From Amoebophrya sp. A120 (taxonomy: Eukaryota > Protista > Dinoflagellata): a stretch of DNA of 64,000 nucleotides. Positions 23,356 through 33,400 of the stretch are shown here, piece after piece (the first letter of the stretch is position 1; each line of letters begins with the position of its first letter). The DNA lies in NCBI GenBank assembly GCA_905178155.1, contig CAJINV010000008.1, positions 2,418,001-2,482,000 of the forward strand, written 5' to 3'. The translations under genes were made by a program, and so were the position numbers. The notes beneath the pieces were generated by a model. It was not told the DNA's origin. It did not search any database and saw only the letters and a program-made list of their open reading frames with translations.

Positions 23356-23469
23356 AAAAATAAGTAGAGAAAAGAATTTTTCTCGACCGTCCTGAAATCT
23401 GTGCCCTTATCTATCGCTTCGCTCTTTCGATTGTAAAATTGCATTTCGTGGTGCTATATTCGGTATTTT
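23356..23469. repeat. Split direct repeat B, terminal copy (114 bp)
   Basis: Matches 22915-23028 with two mismatches. Confidence 0.95.
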
Positions 23470-23619
23470 TTACCTAGGAAGACAGAGCGGGGCGCGCCCG
23501 CCTGAAGGCCCTTCCGGGGCTCGGCCCATTCCTGGGCCGGGCCCCTGACTTATTGTTTCAAATTCGCGAAATTTTCCGCGAATTTTCCGCGCTCTAGTGG
23601 TCCGGGCCCGTTCGCCTGA

Positions 23620-24015
23620 CTCCTACGGTACCGATTTGGCCGATCTCAGAATGGTCCAGATCCTAGCCAAATCCTAGAGGTAGACTTTATCGAGGACCTT
23701 CGTCCTAGATCAAAACTTTACCAAGGACCGCCGACCTTGATAAAAACTTTACCAGGGACCTCCGGTCCTGGTAAAATCGTACGCATACAGAGGGGGAAGT
23801 AGATCCCAGAATGACTAGAGATCTGGAGCCTCAGAGCCTGTGGCAATGGAATGATGACTATGATGAACCATGAGTGATGAATCTTCACAGGATGCAACAC
23901 AGCCAGAGGCTTTCGCCCTGTCTGCTGAGAGATTGAAATGTTTGCGGTGATTGAGGGACCTTTTCAGGTAGAAGCTTTGGTCACTCAATGTGGCAGGTGT
24001 GTTCAAAGTCCAACA
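23620..24015 (+). repeat. 3' LTR, right segment
   Basis: Resumes the LTR after the TSD and ends CCAACA. About 15 substitutions and a ~70-bp extra segment relative to the 5' LTR. Confidence 0.93.
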
Positions 24016-24480
24016 CTTTCAAGAATCGAATTCCGAAATTCATTATCATTCAATCATCCCGAAAGAATGAGGTCTCACATTAAAAATATTTTTTTTTTCG
24101 ATTTTATCTTTGAATTCTATTCATATTCTGAAAATTTTCATAATATCACATCAACCAATATCCTCTACCTAATCCAAGAGATAACATAAGAATCAGAATT
24201 TGGGATGCATATGCATTGAAATTGACCTCGAAAATGAAAATATTTATCGAAAAAATTATGATCCGATATTTCATGAATTTCGATTTATGACCAACCAACC
24301 ATGATCTCAAATTGATGATCCGACGAAAAATTTGAATCCATTTGATGTCGTTAATATATCCGTGATATTTTCCAGAATTATCTCATCCGATAAATCAAAA
24401 TTCTTCCTGATGTCGTGCAATTCGGACACAGAAAACAAGAAAGAAAAAAAAGGATGTGGATGTCGGTATAATTCAAATGT
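24016..24480. other. AT-rich convergent strand-switch region, right part
   Basis: Same composition as 6730-7449; lies downstream of the last - strand gene. Confidence 0.6.
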
Positions 24481-24699
24481 GATTCATCGATCTGCGTAGA
24501 GTGGTTGTGTTTACGATCTGCGTTTCTGTTTTTGTTCAATTCGAATATGCGTTATTGATTCGGAAACTGAATGGGGTGTAAAGATTAGATGGCTTCTCCT
24601 CGTCCTGTGATTTCGTCATATTGTAGTTCGGATCTGTATTGCCATCCCCATCGCTATCGCCTATCGGCCGCACAAAGACAAATGTATCAATGTCAATCT

Positions 24700-26310
24700 T
24701 CATGCCTCGACGCGTTTGCTTTTCTTCTCCTTTTTTGATTTTTTCGTCGAGCTTGGCGTGGATTTCGGTGGTTTGGGTTCATCTCGAAAAAATCTCGTCG
24801 CCCCGCTGGAATCATTGAAGCCTACCAACCAGAAGTGTTCCGGTCCTCGCTTGCTGCTTTCAGCCGTTCTTTTCTCGTACCCGTGACAATACCACCATGC
24901 GCCGTCAAGTTTCAACGCAAGTCGGTCACTTTTCGTTCCAGCACTGTCGGTATACGGTGTGACTCTTCCGCTGTGTTTCTTGCCGTTCCATTTGATTGTG
25001 ATGAAGTCTTGATCTTCGTCATCATCTTTGCCATTAGGGTAAACTTTCAGCACCTTCTTGCTCTTCGCTTGCGATTTCGTTTCGTCTTGATTCTCATTAT
25101 CCTCGCGTTCCACATTGCCGCGACGAGCAGCGCCCGAAATACATGTACCTGACTCAGAGGCATCACTTTGTCTCATCCTACCATGCTCTTCTTTCATGAA
25201 TTCTCCGTGCTCATTGCATTCTTGCCACGCAGCGTAAGCGTATTCGTTTTTTTTGCAGCCGGACAGAAGCATCCTCACACAGTCCGCTGGAGGTGGGTAA
25301 CGGTAAGCGGACCTGTTGTAGCGGTCGTAGGGGTAGGATTTGCGACTTGTGCTTGATGCTCTGTCGTACGACAAATCCGGTGTGGCCGCGTGGGCCACTA
25401 AATCTGGACTGCCGCCCGCAACGGCCTTTACAGAATCCAGGCTCTTGCCGGAGGACGTAATTACATGTGATGAATCGAGGGGCTGGGTGGACGCCGGTCC
25501 CATGCGTCCCGGTGCGGATTTATGTGGGGATTGCGGATGAGCAGGAGCGTCGGACCTTCCCGCGCCTCGACCGCCACGGGTGGTCGCGTTCTCGTCGTAG
25601 TGGGCAGAGTACGCGTCATCCGGCTCTGCCGGCGCCGGTGTCCCGATGTAGTATTCTTCCGCCGGGGTTGGTGCCTTAGAGCTCGAAGATTGCCCCGGTT
25701 GGCGTTGAATTTGTGGCACGTTCACTGCAGGTGGCGGTGCGGGGGTCTGTTCTTGTTCCCGTGAAGATGCCGAAGAAGTCCACTGCGGCTGCGGTGCGCC
25801 GTTGTTCCATCTACTTTGGTTTTCTTGATCGGTGGCACTCCCTCCTACCGTCGCCGCATCAAACGCGAACGCAGTGTGACTGCTGTCATCGCGGTGCTGT
25901 TGTGCGTTTGGTTTTGGAGGACCACACGAGGAGGAAGAAGGTGCTGCTCCACCAAAAATAGCACTACCATTAGCACTACCACTACCACCGCCAGCAGACT
26001 CGGCATCGGGAGAAGCATTCGACGCCCAAGTAGTCGTTGAACAGGTCTTGTTCCCGAGAAATTCGTCCAGCAGTCCGCGAGTGCGGAGAAGCGGTTCCCA
26101 AAACACGAAGTCCGGTGTCTTGTGCTCGAGGTATGAAGCATCAAGATTTTCTTGCCGGTCCCGGCGACGCTGGTGACCCTTGCGTCCTTTGTCCGACGGA
26201 GAAGTACTCGTGATTCCGGGAGAGTTGGCCGACCCGCTCCAATCGCGAGCGTCTTTGCCCTTCTTGCCCTTGCCCTTCGATCGCTCGTCTACTCGAGATT
26301 TCACATCCAC
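24700..26310 (-). CDS. Hypothetical protein, mostly disordered with a small aromatic C-terminal domain
   Basis: 536-aa open frame with non-ATG start (probably spliced to an upstream exon); KGKGKKGK motif. Confidence 0.6.
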   Translation of the reverse strand: MDVKSRVDERSKGKGKKGKDARDWSGSANSPGITSTSPSDKGRKGHQRRRDRQENLDASYLEHKTPDFVFWEPLLRTRGLLDEFLGNKTCSTTTWASNASPDAESAGGGSGSANGSAIFGGAAPSSSSCGPPKPNAQQHRDDSSHTAFAFDAATVGGSATDQENQSRWNNGAPQPQWTSSASSREQEQTPAPPPAVNVPQIQRQPGQSSSSKAPTPAEEYYIGTPAPAEPDDAYSAHYDENATTRGGRGAGRSDAPAHPQSPHKSAPGRMGPASTQPLDSSHVITSSGKSLDSVKAVAGGSPDLVAHAATPDLSYDRASSTSRKSYPYDRYNRSAYRYPPPADCVRMLLSGCKKNEYAYAAWQECNEHGEFMKEEHGRMRQSDASESGTCISGAARRGNVEREDNENQDETKSQAKSKKVLKVYPNGKDDDEDQDFITIKWNGKKHSGRVTPYTDSAGTKSDRLALKLDGAWWYCHGYEKRTAESSKRGPEHFWLVGFNDSSGATRFFRDEPKPPKSTPSSTKKSKKEKKSKRVEA

Positions 26311-26528
26311 TTTGTGCGTCGCACGGATCCAGCACTAGTATGCGATTTATCGTTTTCAGAGTGAAAATGCCTTGTTTGGTGCGTCAGAATCTATCGTGTT
26401 TATGCGGGTCATTGTGCAAAGTGAGGTAGGCACAGTCGAGGCACTACAAATGAACGCAAAGAAAGCAGTGACCAAAATCAGAGCAAAACAAAATGCAAAT
26501 TGTAGCTAGTGCGCATGCGCAATCACAA

Positions 26529-27833
26529 TCAGTTCCTATACAAAAGTGAGTAAATTTTCTGTACCCAATCTCCCTGCATCTGATTTCCGGTTTTGTCCCA
26601 CTCGTAGAGCTCGTACCGCTTTTGCTCGAATCGCGTGTTTTCCTGCATCAGTTGTTTCAACTCCTGCCGCGTCGGCGGCCTCGGGGGGCCTTGCCAACTG
26701 CCAAACTGTCGCTTCGGCAGATCGCAGCTCAGGACCCACATCCCTTTTTCGTCGCGAGCGATGCGCTTCTCTCGGCGAAGGGCACGGTTTAGATCACCTA
26801 TCGCGTACTCCATCAATTCGGTGCCAAGCTTCGCTCTCGCGGCTTGCGTTTCGTTGCGCTTCACTGCTAGAGCGTCCTTTTTGGAGAGGGCTTGTATGTT
26901 CCGTCCTCCTCCTCCTCCTTTACCTTTGTCGGACGATCGGGTCGTGGTGTTGTTGACATTTTCACCGGCAATATCTTCCTGTCGCCCCTGGCTGCGACCT
27001 CCAGCTGCTTCTCCACCGCCCTGCGGGCTGTCGTGCCATCTACTTTCGGACGAGGCGTCGCGGCTGTTGGGGTCCGAGGCGTTCTCAGCCCACCAAGGCG
27101 ACGAAGTTGTATCTTGCCATGCTCTGTCTCCATCGTCTGGAGCACGGGAGCTCCCCGTCCCCGCACTCTGTTGATGATGTTCCTGGCCGTAGTTGTACCC
27201 ATGATTAGAATCTTCGACTTCGTTCCTTGTCTGCCCATTACCACTCTCATTTCTTTCGCCTGACTCGGTCCACCCGCCGCTTGAGCTTCCAGCGGCTGTG
27301 GCCGCGGAGGTGTTATCCGAGTTTTTCTGCCACCAGTTGTTCCAGTTCGGGTTCCAGTACGTCCAGGACTTTGAATTTTCTTGAGTGTCCGTGTCATTAT
27401 TATTCCACGAACCTGCATCCTGTGCCTGAGTTTGCCAAGAATTCTGCTGAAAATTTTGCTGCTGGCGGTCCTGGTGCGTCCCATAGAGCGAAGATGAATC
27501 CCCGTAGTACGTCGCCTGGCTCGTCCCATCGCCGTAGTCTCGCCAGCCCGAGGTGCCGGAGTTCCAGTCACTCGTTCCTGTTCCCTGCGTATTCTGCGCT
27601 CCACCACTCCCAGCTGGTGCGGCACCGGGAGGAGCACCTCCAGCTCCACCGTTCCTGTCGTACCTTGTGTACTCGCTACGCCAGCCGTAGCCACTGCTTG
27701 TCGTGTATGTCGAATAGGAGGGCGTGTTTCTCTCGCTATCGTAATTATGCGCATTGGGATTAGTCGCGACGGAGGAAGAAATGTTGTCCGCGTTGGCATT
27801 GCGAATGCCATAGGAATTCGAGCCAGACGCCAT
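26529..27833 (-). CDS. Hypothetical protein with Trp-studded G/S/N/Q-rich disordered region
   Basis: Open frame; ATG 27833 (MASGSNSYG); helical-looking C-terminus. Confidence 0.65.
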   Translation of the reverse strand: MASGSNSYGIRNANADNISSSVATNPNAHNYDSERNTPSYSTYTTSSGYGWRSEYTRYDRNGGAGGAPPGAAPAGSGGAQNTQGTGTSDWNSGTSGWRDYGDGTSQATYYGDSSSLYGTHQDRQQQNFQQNSWQTQAQDAGSWNNNDTDTQENSKSWTYWNPNWNNWWQKNSDNTSAATAAGSSSGGWTESGERNESGNGQTRNEVEDSNHGYNYGQEHHQQSAGTGSSRAPDDGDRAWQDTTSSPWWAENASDPNSRDASSESRWHDSPQGGGEAAGGRSQGRQEDIAGENVNNTTTRSSDKGKGGGGGRNIQALSKKDALAVKRNETQAARAKLGTELMEYAIGDLNRALRREKRIARDEKGMWVLSCDLPKRQFGSWQGPPRPPTRQELKQLMQENTRFEQKRYELYEWDKTGNQMQGDWVQKIYSLLYRN

Positions 27834-28383
27834 AATGACAAAGACAATCAATTTGTTGATAAAATAATAAGGAAGGTATTTCTGGCCGTAGGTATGTCTG
27901 TCGGTATGCACCAGCAGAAAGAGTAAGCTACAAGATCTATCAAATACTACAAGTGCAGCGAGGCTGATGCCGAGACAGATACTTACTTTGTCGAAGTGGT
28001 GATCTGAAGAAATGTACTAAAATCTCGTTTCTTTGTCACGATCTCAACATCTTAGGAAGATCTCAAAAACATCAGGCGAAGCTATCATGGGACGTGCACA
28101 TGAACAGAACTTCGTCTCAGACTCAAAGTTACACAGCTTGCTTGGCGGCGGAAAACGCGTGTAGCAATACACAGAGCGTGTAGAAGTAGAACAACACCAA
28201 GAGATAGAACCCGTGTGTGTGATGATGTTGCAAAGACGTAAATCCTGGCTCTTCGTCATCTGATCTAAACTATCACTTGGTCAACATTACGTTCTCCATG
28301 GTGCACAAGCAAGCATGTACGTTCTCTATGGCTCAAAAGAAAAAGCTGAAGAAGCAGTTGCATCCGCACTCGGGACCTCCTTG

Positions 28384-29710
28384 CTAGTACGAAATGTAGT
28401 TCTTTCTATTCCGTATAGGTGAAGAGTCATGTTGCGGGGAGAAATCCGCGTGGTTTGTGTTTGATCGAAAGTGAGCGGTCGTCGAAATGTCGGCGATCTT
28501 ATTGGCGCTGGTCTCAAAACTCGCCAGCAACAGGGGGCGCGAAACTAGTAAACTTTGGTTTTCTTTTCGAGGGAGATCACGGTCCAAGCTCGAATTGGTG
28601 TATGGGTAGACCGGCGTGTCATGTCTATCATAGTTTGAGTTTTTCAAAGTCATTATGCCTATGCTAGGGGTCGCACTTCTAGGACTAGCCCCCGGGGGTG
28701 CCGGCGCAGTGACAATGTGCGCGGAGGACTTTGTTGAGGATTGGCTATGACTAGCAACATCAAAAAGCTTCCACTTCCCGTCACTGTCTGATCGTTTCTC
28801 GGAAATAGGTAGGTTGTCGAAACCGAGCGCTCCCACTCCTCCTACAGCCGCCTTATGATCCCTGCTCGTGCTACTTCTATTTTTAGCCTCCGGCAAAATT
28901 ATAGGGCTGATTTCGCGTCGCGCTCCGTCCGTCGCTAAGGGAGAAGCAAGCGGATCTACGTCGCCAGTGTACTGGTCATAAAGCGACGGCCCACTGAGCA
29001 GCCTGGCCTTGTGGTGGCGGGATGCAATAACTGCAGCATTGTCGGCGTTATGGTTATCTCCGGTACCTGCGCGTCCCCTCACGGAATAACGATCACGACC
29101 AGTCGAAAGTTCTTGCCCGGCTACATACCACTGCAGAAAGGAAACGTTCCCTTTCGGCGAGGTGAGGCCGAGTCCGTCACTGTCTTCGTCGGCTTCGGCG
29201 GGCGAAAGAATCCGTCTACTCTTTCGTTTACTGGACATGCTCACACTTCTGCCAAGATGATTTTCGTCGTCTTCATCAGCTTCATCATCCTCTTCCAGGA
29301 GGGGTAGATTTCGGCTTTTGGTCGTATTGTGCTTGGCAAAGGCAAAATCTCGTCGCGAATTTTTCATCTCCTCTGCAGCCGCGATGGCGTGCGCTATCTC
29401 CTTTCTTTCCAAGGTATGCAATTTTTCCTCCCGACCCCCGCAAGCGTATCCTGTGCAAAACTTGCTTCTCACTTACTCATAGTGCGCTTCGGAGGTGTCT
29501 ACATCTAGTACTCTCAGGAGTGAGGAGTATGAGCGAGAGCTCGGGCTCTCCGCTGCAGCTTAGCTAAGAACAAGGAGCACTTCGTTCAATGATCGATGCA
29601 TTCATATTCCTTGCGTCAGAATATGTATCGGAGAAATATGCACAGAGGATACGACGCAGAAACTTTCTACACCTCCCATGCTGCGTTAGCGGAATCGTTG
29701 GTGCTGACAT
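28384..29710 (-). CDS. Hypothetical disordered protein (two exons predicted)
   Basis: ORF 28384-29472 plus upstream exon MSAPTIPLTQHGRCRKFLRR joined in frame by a GT-AG intron at 29652-29451. Confidence 0.5.
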
Positions 29711-30424
29711 GCGGCCCTGCTTCCCTCTTCGCGTAGTATGGCATGTTTTACAACGCCCCCGGAGAAGGCCGTAAAATTTTCAATTTCATGTCTATCAGGA
29801 GGGTATTCCTTTTTCCGTAACAGTGTGAGTGTCTTCATTCAATGAGCTGGACACTGCACATCGGTTGGGTACGCATTTGATTCAAATTCAATAGCTGATG
29901 CTCTGCTGACGAGCGCGAAACAGAATGACAAAATGCAGACCGAGCAATAGGTAACGCATCACATTTTGTACTACTTTGTTCCGAGCAAAAGCGCTGCAAC
30001 ACCGAGGCAACCGACGAGGATTGAGTCCATGGTCATTCTTGAAACCGTGACACGACAGACCGACGTGGAGGCATCAGCACGATTCTAACCGATGAGGCCA
30101 GAGCACAAGGTGGAGAATCAACGTAGCTGAAAGTGAAACATGAAAATCATCACCGAATTTCGTTTTAGGGCTTTTTATTTGGAACAAACCTGCCGGTTAA
30201 AGAGCACGGTAGTAGAAGAAGAAGTCTGTCAGGGTGCATTATCAATTTCGCTATCGTCATGTTTGCGCTGCAGGTAAAAGAGATACTGTGTGTTGTTGGA
30301 GGCGATTCAAAAGTTGAAGTGTGTGGTGCTGGAGGGTTCACTTCAATCATTGTTTTGTCGCATGACTTGGATTTCTTGCTGCACTGCTCCCCCAATATCA
30401 AAACCTGTTGCAATGCGAGAGCCT

Positions 30425-33400
30425 TCACATCTCCTCACCAGCTACAACTCCCGCGCCTGGCGGTTTCTTTGGCACGCGTTTTCTTCGAAAACGATTTGAT
30501 TTGAGAGGCGGCGGCGCAGAACCTGTCCCAGACGCGCCGCTGGTAGTGGAGGCGTTCTTGTTTGTTTTTTTCTTTTTCTGCTTCTCTGCGCTTTTTCCGG
30601 TCGCCGTCGCTGTTTTTCCTTTCTTATCTTCACTTTGAGGCACTTCGTCTTCGTTTGCTTCCGGTGCTATCGGCGCAGGATCGATTTTGTCCTTCAATGC
30701 GGCCTCAGTGGATTCGTCTTCTTCTCCACAACTATCGCTATCCTGCCTTTTGCTTTTGGCATCCGCCGCACATTCATCAGGGCAAAAATTCCTCGCCGTC
30801 TCTTCTTCGGTTTCTGACATTGAAGCCGAACAGCTCGATGCCGCGGTTGCAGAAGAGCAGGCCTCCTCCCGTACTTTGTTTTCGTCTGCGTCTGCCGCGT
30901 GCTCATGAACAGAAGTGAATTCGCTCGTACCACGGTGGCTTTTGTCCTCGTCTCGTCGTCCGCAATTGGAGGTCTCGCCGTCCTCGCTTTCGAAGTTCTG
31001 GGTCGCGTCGCTTACTGGTTTGATGGTGTCTTGGTTTTCCTGCTCCATCCCTTCAGCAACGTCACCCCCGTAGAGCAGTTCGTATGCGGAGTGAGCCGTG
31101 CCACAGCTGTACGCGATTGGGTTTGCAGAGACCATCTGTACTGTCGTAGACGTCGCTGGCGGTATGATGAAGTGGTCCTGTACATGCGGACCTGCAGTGT
31201 CGACAACATCGACCAGCTCGTCGCTTTCTGGTTCCGGAAGCTCATCAACAACATGCTTCTCTTCGAACCCATACCCACTCTGAGTATCTTCATTTTGTGC
31301 GCTCTCAAGTTGATTCGCTTCTTGTACTTCCATCTCTAACTCAGGAGACGAAGGAAGAACGTCCTGTAGCTCGTCCCGGTCATCCGCAACGTCGAACTTC
31401 GTGCTCGGTGTGCTCGCAACAGAGGAAGACACGCGCGGATCTGTGTGAGTGTGGTCTTCGCCTTTATTTGGTTCGTGCCCGTGGTGGTATTCGCTTTCCT
31501 GCTGCAATTCAGTTTCCTCCTCGTCCTCTTCCCCGTAATCTTCCGCCAGCGCTAAGCCCTCATCAAGGTTCTTGGCCGCGCTAATGTCAGGTGTGCTGAG
31601 CTCTTGATGCGGTTCTGCAGCTTTTTTCTCGTTCTCATCGTCGCTAGTGACATCTTGAACAACAGCAGCTGCTACAGGCTCGCTTTCTTGTTGAACGTTC
31701 ATCTTCACTTCCGCTTCATCCGCAGCAACGACGATAGCCGCATCTCCTGTATTTTTTGCAGCGTCTGTTGCATCGAGATCCGCATCCCGGGAGTGAATCA
31801 CGACTTCTCCTTCAATTCCCGCTGCGCAGTTCTGTTCATCAGCTTCTGCTTCCTCGCCACCACTGCAGTGCTCCCCCTCCAAGTGCCACTTCGTCACTTT
31901 CTTCACCAGCACATAGCTGCACGTGTTCAACAGCTTATCGTCCCTCGGAACCACCACTTTGACGTGCTGCTTCGTGTGCCCGACGGTTTGCTTCCGCCCC
32001 CGACTGTTGTCCGTGTCGGACCAGTAAACGAGCAATTTTTTCCCCTTCCACTTCTCGTTTTTCGTGTAGCTCATGAACAAATCCGTGACCTCGGTCGACC
32101 GCTGCTTGACCACCTGCGTGTCCACTCGCTGCATGTGGGCCGCTTTCGTGCCCGGGCGGGGGTAAAACTGGGAAATGTTGACCACGGCGAACTGGAAGTC
32201 CTTGATCAAGTTCAGCGTCTCCACGTGGTCACTATCCTTCTCGTCCGGGAAGCCGCAGATGATGTCGGTGGCGAAAGTCATGTCCGGGGATTTTTGCAGG
32301 ATTTGCTTGCACATCTTGGTGAAGACGTTTTTCGTGTACTCCCGATTCATGTTTTTCAGCACGTGGTCCGCGCCAGACTGCACGGGCACGTGGAGAAACT
32401 CGAACATGTTCTCGTGGTTCAGCAACTCGCCTATTCTCGTCGCGTGGCGGGCCATATACGGCGGGTTCGTCATGCCCAGACGGAGGATCTTCTTCTTCGG
32501 ATTGATGATGTGGGAAGAATCTGAATCACTTCGGCTTCCAGCGTTTGTTCTACCTGCAAGTGCAGACGCTTCTTCCGCGACCTTCAGCAACGCCTCCAGC
32601 AAGTGCACGATATTTGTTCCGATGTCCAGCCCGTAGGCCCCGGTGTCCTCCGAGGTCAACCAAATTTGCTGCACGTCGTCCTTCTCCCACGCAAATTTCG
32701 CCCGTTCCACGATCTGCTCGACTGAGTAGGACTTCAGCGTGCCCCGCGCGAACTTTGTCTTGCAGTACGTGCAGTCACCCAGACACCCTGTGTTGATCGC
32801 GATGATCTCCACCAGCGGGTTCTTCCGCACTTTCGGCAGCATGAGCGATTTCGGTAGCAGCGGTGCCTGCTTCAGCGGGTTGTCCAAGAAGTCCATCATG
32901 TAGACCCGATTTCCCTGCAACACCTGCTCCACGGCGTCCACGATTTTGTCCGTGTAGGAAAGCCCCACGATGCTGACGTTCTGCACCTTCGACTGCTCCA
33001 GGTTCTTCACAAACTTCGGGTCCGCCTGAGATACGCACCCGGTTAAAATGACCGGCGTGGGCCCGCCGGAACCACCGCCCTCGTTCTTCGACTTCTTGAT
33101 CAAATTCACGGCGGCGTCCTGACTCGGGTTCTTCACCGTGCAGGAATTCACGATCATCACATCCGCGGCGAGCTGGTCATCGGTGATAACATACCCCTCC
33201 GCCTGTAAGAGCCCAAGCATGATCTCGCTGTCGCTCGCGTTGTGGCTGCAACCGAACGTCTTCATCCACACCTTCTGCCCGTTGCCGGGGAGGAGGGCCT
33301 GTGGCGGCTTTAGGTGTTTTGGAGGTTCTGGTGCTGAGGGGGACGAGCCAGACGCTGTGGCGGTGGAGTTTTCGTCGACCGTCTCTGGACTAGTGTTCAT

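Larger units (their letters stand above)
15334..23469 (-). mobile_element. Tyrosine-recombinase retrotransposon with split direct repeats (DIRS order, PAT/Ngaro-like)
   Basis: Three intact - strand ORFs (YR, Gag-like, RT/RNase H). On + the repeats read A...BA..B. Both ends and the internal B-A junction share a TTTT overlap, and there is no integrase-type TSD. Confidence 0.93.
13295..23619. mobile_element. Non-autonomous TIR DNA element (~2.2 kb own sequence) with 7-bp TSD, carrying a nested YR retrotransposon
   Basis: TIR TCAGGCGAACGGG / CCCGTTCGCCTGA (21/23 over the first 23 bp, weaker similarity to ~65 bp). TSD CTCCTAC at 13288-13294 and 23620-23626. No transposase ORF seen. Confidence 0.9.
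7450..24015 (+). mobile_element. Ty1/copia LTR retrotransposon, full length, 3' LTR interrupted by nested elements
   Basis: TGTTGG...CCAACA LTRs, domain order Gag-PR-IN-RT-RH, PPT before the 3' LTR. Flanks TTTTC (7445-7449) and CTTTC (24016-24020) form a 5-bp TSD with one mismatch. Confidence 0.95.
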
